This document shows positions 57,119 through 64,000 of a DNA stretch of 64,000 nucleotides, piece by piece; within the stretch, counting starts at the first letter, position 1; every line of letters starts with the position of its first letter. The stretch covers positions 4,608,001-4,672,000 of the forward strand of contig CBDDPY010000002.1 in NCBI GenBank assembly GCA_965232515.1, in the 5' to 3' direction. A program made the translations under genes and the position numbers. Source of the DNA: Alphaproteobacteria bacterium (GTDB lineage: Bacteria; Pseudomonadota; Alphaproteobacteria; GCA-2731375). The notes under the pieces were generated by a model. It made no database searches. It saw nothing but the letters and a program-made list of their open reading frames with translations, and had not been told where the DNA came from.

Positions 57119-57166
57119 TCCGTTTGGCGATAGGACGGCGAACGCCGAGTGACGATGCCGGCGCAA

Positions 57167-58162
57167 TCAGCCGGTGGTGCGTCTGATGCCGTGCCATTCC
57201 TGTCGCGTCCACTCGACGCAGGCGATGCTCTGCTCGAAGAGCGAATAGCGGCAGCCTTCACCGTAATCGAGGTTCGGGATGAACTCGGTCGAGATCTGAC
57301 CGAGTTGGCCGTCCGGATCGTCGGCGTGGTGGCGCAACAGGTGACGGATCGCCTCCTTCCACGGCGCCAGCGCTTCTTCGTCCCAGTCGGCGTGGTACTC
57401 GCCGGGCCCGGGTCGTTTGAACGGATACTGGATGCCGCGGCCGGGCCGGCCCTGATCGTCGCGGGCCATGGTGTTCTTCGGGTTGTTGGGCACGGCGGCC
57501 CGCGCATGGCAATGGCGCACCCAGCCGGCGTCGATCCATTCGTCGATGACGTTGCCCGGATGAAACGGATTCAACACCAGCTCGCCGGCTTCGACGGCTG
57601 GCCGGATGTTCTGGACGTCCTGTTCTTTGGGGTTGTCGATCTTGAAGATGACGTGGCTGTGGTCGAGCGTCATGTGGAATGGCGCGCCGGCCGCTTCGAC
57701 GGCGCGCGCGACGTCGCCGACGCGGCGGAAATCCTCCGACCACATGTTGACGTGCACCTCGAAGCACGGGGTTACGCCGTATTTCTGTCCGAGCTCGTGG
57801 AATGACAGATAGGTTTCAACGACGCGCTCATTGCTGACCAACTCGTTGTCGGCGTCATAGGTCATGATCTGCGTGTTGTGCACCAGCGAGCCGAGCTGTT
57901 TCGCCATCCGCAGGTTCTCTTCGAACAGCGGCTCGTCGCGCCCCAGCGTGTAGAACCAGCCGCCGGCGCGTACCGGCAGGTCGTATTTGGCGCTCGCCTC
58001 GAGAAACTGTTCCAGCTCGCCGGGTCCCGGCGTCTTGTCGACATAGTCGAAGACGCCGGCCTCTTTCACCATGCGGAACCGCGTGTCGATATCGGGCATC
58101 GGATCGGCATGGGTATGCTTGATGCCGTTGGTCTGAATGCCGAACAGCAGCTTGTCGGCCAT
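57167..58162 (-). CDS. Xylose isomerase-like TIM-barrel protein
   Basis: FEVHVNMWSE, TLDHSH, RHCHAR, ISTEFIP metal ligands; GGAGG RBS. Confidence 0.8.
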   Translation of the reverse strand: MADKLLFGIQTNGIKHTHADPMPDIDTRFRMVKEAGVFDYVDKTPGPGELEQFLEASAKYDLPVRAGGWFYTLGRDEPLFEENLRMAKQLGSLVHNTQIMTYDADNELVSNERVVETYLSFHELGQKYGVTPCFEVHVNMWSEDFRRVGDVARAVEAAGAPFHMTLDHSHVIFKIDNPKEQDVQNIRPAVEAGELVLNPFHPGNVIDEWIDAGWVRHCHARAAVPNNPKNTMARDDQGRPGRGIQYPFKRPGPGEYHADWDEEALAPWKEAIRHLLRHHADDPDGQLGQISTEFIPNLDYGEGCRYSLFEQSIACVEWTRQEWHGIRRTTG

Positions 58163-58236
58163 CGTCGCCTCCCGGTCTTTTTCGTTTCCCTAATGTTAGC
58201 CGGATTGCGTGGGCGATGGAGACGTTATCGGCTCGG

Positions 58237-58935
58237 CTATCTCAGGGTGTCGACGACGTCGGCATAGGTCTGCAACGCGTCCCGGCCCTTCGGCGACAAA
58301 GTGTAGATGCCGCGTTCGACCCGCTGGAACCAGCCGTAGACGTCCTTCTGCAGGATGCTGGCGGCTTTCTGCACGCCGCTGGCCTGCCGCAAAACGGCGA
58401 GTTTCATGGGGCCGTCCGTGCCCAGCCAAGTGGCGCACCTCAGCGCGTCCTGGCGATAGGCGGTGACGACCGGCCGCTTGTTGACGCCGCCGCTGTTCGG
58501 GTCGCCGACGCGGTGTTCGAATTCCTTCAGCAACAGATTGCCGCGGCGGCGGTTCTTGCGCGGCTGGTACGGCGCCGGATCGAGATGCGCCTCGACCTTC
58601 GCCGCCCGACGGTTGCCGATATGCACGGCCAGCAGGCCGAGACCCAAAAGTCGGCAGAGGCGGTGGATATCGCGCCGGCGCCGCTGCCAGATCGCGGTCC
58701 GGGCCTGGCCGGCGGGAACGCCGATGGCGAGATAGACATCGTCGGCGATGCGCTGACGATCGATGCCCTGGAATACCAGCTCGAGATTGAAGCGCTGTTT
58801 CAGCTCGACAATGACCGGCGGCTCGTCGTCCCGCCGGGCCACCAGATCACAGTTCCGGACCTCGCCCTTGACGACGTAGCCTTGGCTTTCCAGGTAGGCC
58901 TTTACGGGTGCGTAGAGCTCGGATTCGCGCGTCAT
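58237..58935 (-). CDS. DUF2161 putative PD-(D/E)XK protein
   Basis: ESELYAPVKAYL, VKGEVRNCDLVA, IVELK, TAYRQDAL, YGWFQRVERGIY. Confidence 0.85.
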   Translation of the reverse strand: MTRESELYAPVKAYLESQGYVVKGEVRNCDLVARRDDEPPVIVELKQRFNLELVFQGIDRQRIADDVYLAIGVPAGQARTAIWQRRRRDIHRLCRLLGLGLLAVHIGNRRAAKVEAHLDPAPYQPRKNRRRGNLLLKEFEHRVGDPNSGGVNKRPVVTAYRQDALRCATWLGTDGPMKLAVLRQASGVQKAASILQKDVYGWFQRVERGIYTLSPKGRDALQTYADVVDTLR

Positions 58936-59039
58936 CGAATTGCCTTATCCGCTGCCCAGAATGTAGGTGATTCGGCCCGAGCTCGAGAATGGGTAGTTGA
59001 CTGTGCCCCGTCTCGGATCCGTCGCGGAGCGAAAACGCC

Positions 59040-59696
59040 ATGGCAGATGACGATCATCCGGAAGAGACGTTGATCGAGGAGGTCGTCAACACGCTGACGC
59101 ACGGGGTCGGCGCGGTGCTGAGTATGGTCGGGCTCGGTGTGCTGATCTGGCTGGCGGTGACAGACGGCGGCGCGGCGGTGATCGCCAGCGCCGTGGTTTA
59201 TGGGGCGGCGCTGGTGATCCTCTATCTCAGCTCGACGCTCTATCACGGCACCTGGCACGGTGGCGCCAAGCGTATCCTTTTGGCTGTCGACCATTGCGCG
59301 ATCTTTCTGCTGATCGCCGGCACCTATACGCCGATCGCGATGCTGACCATGCCGCTGTCATTCGGCCTGCCATTGGTTCTTGCGGTATGGCTGCTTGCCG
59401 TGGTCGGCATCGTCCTGCGGCTGTGCGTCGTTCGGCTGTTCGACCGCATCTCGACCATGCTTTATCTGGCGATCGGCTGGCTTGGCATCGTCTGGGCCGG
59501 ACCGCTGGTCAAGGGGCTGGGCGCCGGCGGGTCGTTGCTGCTGCTGGCGGGCGGGCTGTCCTATACGGCCGGTGTACCGTTCTACGCTTGGCGTCGCCTC
59601 CGCTTCAATCATGCGATCTGGCATGTCTTCGTGCTGACTGGCAGCGCCCTGCACTTTTTCGCGATCGCGCTATACGCTCTGCCGGCGGTGGGTTGA
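59040..59696 (+). CDS. Hemolysin III / PAQR family membrane protein
   Basis: EEVVNTLTHG, SSTLYH, DHCAIFLLIAGTYTP, HAIWHVFVL. Confidence 0.93.
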   Translation: MADDDHPEETLIEEVVNTLTHGVGAVLSMVGLGVLIWLAVTDGGAAVIASAVVYGAALVILYLSSTLYHGTWHGGAKRILLAVDHCAIFLLIAGTYTPIAMLTMPLSFGLPLVLAVWLLAVVGIVLRLCVVRLFDRISTMLYLAIGWLGIVWAGPLVKGLGAGGSLLLLAGGLSYTAGVPFYAWRRLRFNHAIWHVFVLTGSALHFFAIALYALPAVG

Positions 59697-60203
59697 CGAT
59701 CGCTGAACCGCGTAGCGCACCAGACCGTGAGCGCCGCTCGCGCGGAACCAGATACGGGTCATGCCGCATTTTTCCAGGACATGGTGAGAGGCGGCATTGT
59801 CGCCGCGCGCCATGGCGACAATCTGATGCAGCGACAAGGTGTTGAAACCGTAGGCGAGCGCGGCGCTGGCGGCTTCCGTGGCATAGCCGCGGCTACGGAA
59901 AGCGGGCAGCAAGCCATAGGTCAGTTCCACATCGGCGCCATCGTCGGACCAGCGCAAGCCGCATTCGCCGACAAAGCATCCGCTTCCACGCTCGATCATG
60001 GCCCAGATGCCGAACCCATGCGTGTGCCAGTGGTCGAGAATGATCTCCAATTGATGTTCGGCGGCGGCCGTGTCGAGGACACCGAGCTTGCGGATCGCCA
60101 TGACCTCGGCATTACCATAGAATGCGACGATCCGTGCTCGATCGCCCTGAGAAAATGGCCGCAGGTGCAGGCGATCGGTGAAGACCTCCTTATCACCTAC
60201 CAA
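59670..60203 (-). CDS. RimJ/RimL-type GNAT acetyltransferase
   Basis: TDRLHLRPF, VELTYGL, RGYATEAA, NAASHHVLEKCG; start (TTG) uncertain. Confidence 0.85.
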   Translation of the reverse strand: MVGDKEVFTDRLHLRPFSQGDRARIVAFYGNAEVMAIRKLGVLDTAAAEHQLEIILDHWHTHGFGIWAMIERGSGCFVGECGLRWSDDGADVELTYGLLPAFRSRGYATEAASAALAYGFNTLSLHQIVAMARGDNAASHHVLEKCGMTRIWFRASGAHGLVRYAVQRSSTHRRQSV

Positions 60204-60205
60204 CG

Positions 60206-62233
60206 CTAGTTCACGGGCGCGCCGCGCAGGTCGAGCGCCGGATTGCGGTCGAAGAAGTTGAACGGCCGCAGCATGAAGGCGTGCCATTTGGTCGGCATGA
60301 TCGGCCAGTCCTCGGACCGCGTGACGTGACTGAACCCCAGCGTGTACCAGAGCACGATGTCGCGGTTGACGATGCTGCGGCCGGCCTTGGTCCAGGCTGG
60401 CAGGCCGTCGTCGCCCTTGCTTTGGTTCGGAAAACGTCCGGCGGCGAAGATCTCGTCCGCGTCGTGCGGCGTGACCCAGAGGTGATGCTTGCTGAAGGCC
60501 GCGCGGCGCAACGGGAAATCGTCGTCGCCCAGCAGCATCGAGGCGTTGCCCATGGGCATCAGTTGATAGCTGGTCGGATTGCCGACGGCATTGCTGCGGT
60601 TGGGATTCATCACGCGCCAGACGGCCGGCCGCTGCAGGTTGATGTTGAACTTGGCGCTGCTGTCGCGCTGGGCCACGTGGGGTTCGATAACCCAGATGCT
60701 ACGCCTCGCGCTGTCGGCATCGAGCTGTTTCGGCACCCGACGGTCGAGGACGAAGCTGTTGTCCCGGCCGTCGATATCGAGATCGAGCCGGAAGCTGAAG
60801 AAATGGTCATGGTAGATCGCCACCAGATTGGGCGCGACGAGTGTGCCGTAGGCCGTGTCCGCGGCGGCGGTCGGCTCGGACATGTGACGCGTCGCGACGC
60901 CCTTGACGGCGTCGATCCCGGTGGCGCCGACCCGCACCGTGATGTTGCCGCGCTGATCGAACACCCAGTCGACGGCGTAGTCGTAGTTGCCGATGGTCGA
61001 CATGGTGCGGAACACAAGATCGACCTGAGGACGGCTTTCGTGCGTTTCGTTCAGGATCTCGAAATGTCGCCAAGCCGGGTCGCCGGCATTGCGCTCGAAC
61101 AGGCAGGCGATGCCTTCCAGCGTCAGCGGATTGCCCTCGTCGTCGGCGATCGTCGCGTCAAGATAGGTCGCGGCGGCCGGGCAATCAGAACCGGGCATCA
61201 GCGGCGAGGTCAGCAGACCGAAGCCGTATTCGCCCGCGTCCATATAGGTGCGGAAGCTCCAGCCAATGTCCGGGTCCATATAGGGCACGAAGATCTCCGA
61301 CAAGGCGCCCTGATAGAGCACCGACCGGGTTTCGCCGTTCTCCTGATAGGCAACGTTCGAAATGATGGCCCCCTGGCGCCGGTCGAAGCGGACATGGAAG
61401 CGCCACTTCTGCCAGGAGATGACGCCGCCATCGATGCTGTAGTTGCCGCCGTCGCCGCTTGTCATCCGCACGGGTTTCAGTGGTGCTCGCAGCGTTGCGA
61501 CCGACGCTTCGTCGTAGTCATGCGTATCCGTACTGATCGGCACCATGCCGGTATCGATCACCTCGACGACCTGCCGGGCATTCAGATCGACGACCGCGAA
61601 CAGTCCCTCTATGGGCTTGCCGAACCAGTGATTCTTCGTCCCGCGCAGATCGAAGCACGGCACCTTCAGCAGCCGACGCCCCTCTTCGCCCGGCAGCGCG
61701 AAATAGCCGGCGCTGAGCGGCGCGCAGAACACCTTGTCGGTATCGACGCCGCGCTTCTGCATTGCGGCCTGCCAGTCGGGATGCGCGGCCGTGATCTCCT
61801 GCGCCGCGATCCATTCCTCCAGCAGGATGTTCGGCTGCACGCCATCCTGCCTGGTCCAGGACGCGATCCGGTTGCCGGTCAGATCGACGACGCCCTCGAA
61901 GATCTCGGCGCCGCTCTTGACGACGACATAGCTCTGTCGGCTGAGCGGCTGGCCCGGCGACCAGGCCAGCACGTCGGCCTTCGCCGGCTCGCGCAAGGTG
62001 ATCATCGGAAAACGCGCTTGCGCATCGGCCTTGCCGGCGTCGCGGAGCACCTGAACCGTTTGCTTGATCTCGTCCGGCGTCAGCGCGTCCATCGGATGCG
62101 CCGGCGCGGCAACGGCCGTATTGTGCAGAAAGAAAGCGGTCAGCGTCGCCAATATCGCGCGACGCCATGCGGCTCCATGGATCATCCGAGCTCTCCCCAT
62201 CGCTTCGGGTCCGCGTGCGGACAGATACGCCAT
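60206..62233 (-). CDS. tynA: Periplasmic copper/TPQ amine oxidase
   Basis: Signal peptide, HPMDALT, TIGNYDY TPQ motif, HDH copper ligands, HVTRSEDWPIMP, LRPFNFF. Confidence 0.93.
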   Translation of the reverse strand: MAYLSARGPEAMGRARMIHGAAWRRAILATLTAFFLHNTAVAAPAHPMDALTPDEIKQTVQVLRDAGKADAQARFPMITLREPAKADVLAWSPGQPLSRQSYVVVKSGAEIFEGVVDLTGNRIASWTRQDGVQPNILLEEWIAAQEITAAHPDWQAAMQKRGVDTDKVFCAPLSAGYFALPGEEGRRLLKVPCFDLRGTKNHWFGKPIEGLFAVVDLNARQVVEVIDTGMVPISTDTHDYDEASVATLRAPLKPVRMTSGDGGNYSIDGGVISWQKWRFHVRFDRRQGAIISNVAYQENGETRSVLYQGALSEIFVPYMDPDIGWSFRTYMDAGEYGFGLLTSPLMPGSDCPAAATYLDATIADDEGNPLTLEGIACLFERNAGDPAWRHFEILNETHESRPQVDLVFRTMSTIGNYDYAVDWVFDQRGNITVRVGATGIDAVKGVATRHMSEPTAAADTAYGTLVAPNLVAIYHDHFFSFRLDLDIDGRDNSFVLDRRVPKQLDADSARRSIWVIEPHVAQRDSSAKFNINLQRPAVWRVMNPNRSNAVGNPTSYQLMPMGNASMLLGDDDFPLRRAAFSKHHLWVTPHDADEIFAAGRFPNQSKGDDGLPAWTKAGRSIVNRDIVLWYTLGFSHVTRSEDWPIMPTKWHAFMLRPFNFFDRNPALDLRGAPVN

Positions 62234-62284
62234 GCGGTTGCCGGTCTCCAGGTTACCACATCCGCCGGACGGCCGGCGTTCGGC

Positions 62285-62689
62285 TTACAGCCCGGTGCCC
62301 CGCTCCAGGCCGATATCGCGGCGCGCCGTTGAGATCGTGATCGTGAAGCCGGCAATAACGTCCAACAGCGTCATGATGGTGATGACGAAAAACGTCGACG
62401 TCGCGGCCTGCGGCACGACCAGCAATTCGACGACACAGACAACGAACAAGCCGGTCGACAGGATGTGGTCGACAATCGATGCATTCGAGGTGCGCGTCGC
62501 CTTGAAAATCTCGAAAAACAACAGGATCAGGCCGCAGACGACGAGCAGCTCTCCGGTGCTGAACTGCCATGTCGCGCCGGACGGCATGGTCATGCTGAGA
62601 ATGTTGTCGTCGAGCGTTCCGGCCGTAAAGAAGGCGATAACATTGTAGGCTGCAACGACCAGGATCAACAGCGGTATACTGGCAAGCAT
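62285..62689 (-). CDS. Alphaproteobacterial-type 4-TM membrane protein
   Basis: IPLLILVVAAYN, LFFEIFKAT, IVDHILS, DVIAGFTITI...ARRD; GGAG RBS. Confidence 0.75.
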   Translation of the reverse strand: MLASIPLLILVVAAYNVIAFFTAGTLDDNILSMTMPSGATWQFSTGELLVVCGLILLFFEIFKATRTSNASIVDHILSTGLFVVCVVELLVVPQAATSTFFVITIMTLLDVIAGFTITISTARRDIGLERGTGL

Positions 62690-62834
62690 GCGTTCCTCCG
62701 GACATACGCGATTTGGCGGCAAGCCGACCAAGGGTATACAACGGATCGACACGAATCCCACGAACCAAGATCGTGACATGACGACACAGCCGACTTGCCG
62801 ACTGTACCGGCTGACGACGGTGCACTAGCCAGCC

Positions 62835-62996
62835 ATGGAACCTGTCGTATTCATCGTCGGCGCCATCATCGCGCTGGTGCTGGCCCGGATCTTCAAGCAG
62901 ATCTACCGCGACCATGGCTCGCGATGGGAACCGATTGCGCTCGGTATCGCGGTGATTGCCGCCGTCGCGATCGTGCTCAGCCGCTTCCTCGAGTGA
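62835..62996 (+). CDS. Small two-TM membrane protein (53 aa)
   Basis: MEPVVFIVGAIIALVLARIFKQIYRDHGSRWEPIALGIAVIAAVAIVLSRFLE*; fills the gap with GC3-rich codons; below the ORF-track cutoff. Confidence 0.6.
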   Translation: MEPVVFIVGAIIALVLARIFKQIYRDHGSRWEPIALGIAVIAAVAIVLSRFLE

Positions 62997-63015
62997 CTTC
63001 GCGGCGGTTGCCGTG

Positions 63016-63360
63016 TCAGTGATCGGCGCCGATCAGGATCTGGTCGCGTAGATTGGTCTCATAAGACAGGCCGTCGGGCGTCAGCGAAATCCCGAGCGGG
63101 AAATGCGAGCGCGCCAGACCTTTGCGTTCGAGCGCCCGCCAGACGTTTTCGTTTCGCAACCCACTTGCGTCCCTCGCCATGACGACGCGGTTGCCGATGT
63201 GGAAATGATTGCCATGCGGTTGCGGCAGCAGGGTGATGAGGATGTCACCCGACTCCTCGTTGGGCGTCGAGGTCTGAGGGCTGCGCGCCAGCTCCTGCAG
63301 CAGGACCAGTGTTTTCAGTTGCAGCTTGTTCAGCTTCAGCGGATTGAGTTTCTGCGGCAC
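63016..63360 (-). CDS. Hypothetical protein (114 aa)
   Basis: NPLKLNKLQLKTL...PHGNHFHIG...DASGLRNENVWRALERKGL; plausible codon usage. Confidence 0.7.
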   Translation of the reverse strand: MPQKLNPLKLNKLQLKTLVLLQELARSPQTSTPNEESGDILITLLPQPHGNHFHIGNRVVMARDASGLRNENVWRALERKGLARSHFPLGISLTPDGLSYETNLRDQILIGADH

Positions 63361-63468
63361 GTGGGGATTCCTGGCAACTAAGAAATTTTCTTATCGCCAG
63401 CCTACGAACTGCCTTGGCAATTGCAAGATCGGGAGCCGGTTCGCCACCGTGCCGCCGCCCACCAGAAA

Positions 63469-63936
63469 TCAGGTCCGCTGCTCGAATTCGATCACCCCGA
63501 AGATCGCGTCTACCGTTTCGCCGTCGTCCGATAACGGCATGTAGAGATCCTGATACGCCTCGACGAAAGCATCCGGTCCCACGTAGGGGATGTCGCTGTA
63601 GAAAGGCATGGCTTCTTGCACCAGGCGGACGCCGGCCTGCCAGACCCGGCTGCCGGGCCGCTGATGCGGGATGTCGGTGAACCGCATGCCGGTGTAATCG
63701 AGCTCGATGCGTGCGATCACGGCCTCGCCGATATGGGTGTAGCGGAAATTCAATGGATCGCTCAGTACGTCGATCAGCACCACATTGGCGGCGACATGCG
63801 GAATCTCAATCGACTGAATGTCCTGGCGGCGCGGCATCGCGCGTCCGGCCCGCTTGCCTTCCCAATAGGAAAGAGCCTGCTCGAAACGCCTGACCGCAAA
63901 GCGGCTGGATGGCGGTGAGAGTTCCATGACGGACAT
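63469..63936 (-). CDS. PAS_5 (DUF1457) stand-alone PAS protein
   Basis: YWEGKRAGRAMPRRQDI, FRYTHIG, LYMPLSDDGETVD. Confidence 0.85.
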   Translation of the reverse strand: MSVMELSPPSSRFAVRRFEQALSYWEGKRAGRAMPRRQDIQSIEIPHVAANVVLIDVLSDPLNFRYTHIGEAVIARIELDYTGMRFTDIPHQRPGSRVWQAGVRLVQEAMPFYSDIPYVGPDAFVEAYQDLYMPLSDDGETVDAIFGVIEFEQRT

Positions 63937-64000
63937 GCCGATGTTGACCCCGGGAACCGGCCCGTCCGGCGACGAGCGGTATGTATCAACTATCAGAAGG

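Noticed and set aside
58187-58201. GTTT-N7-GTTA as an alphaproteobacterial SOS box
   Set aside because: Both half-sites mismatch GTTC-N7-GTTC and the downstream gene is metabolic

Overview
High-GC alphaproteobacterial chromosomal segment, probably Rhodospirillales-like (inferred from gene content and repeat types). A housekeeping backbone (htpX, DUF1674/SdhAF4, acs, degP-RR-HK, EVE-yciI-gpsA, opgG/D, copper amine oxidase) is interleaved with accessory blocks: a parDE toxin-antitoxin pair, an IS5-family element inserted into a REP palindrome, a CHASE2-cyclase/FecR and PAS-kinase signalling block with a CtrA-type box, a polyprenyl-phospho-pentose glycosylation cluster and a secreted caspase-like protein. 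The most striking region is 53.4-56.9 kb, a stand-alone lambda-like switch. It has an intact XRE-S24 repressor with five GCATA-n2-TATGC-type operators overlapping two outward-facing promoters. Rightward it controls a GcrA-domain/wHTH protein, a small ORF and a DUF6456-like (GafA/GafZ-type) protein; leftward, a Cys/His protein and a DUF6477-like protein. No integrase, replication or capsid genes are nearby, so it resembles a domesticated gene-transfer-agent (GTA) regulatory module of unusual architecture. Directly downstream is a hidden Rdx/SelW selenoprotein (CxxU with in-frame TGA and a SECIS-like hairpin) that the ORF track misses. No rRNA, tRNA or CRISPR array was seen. All family assignments come from recognising motifs by eye, not from database searches.
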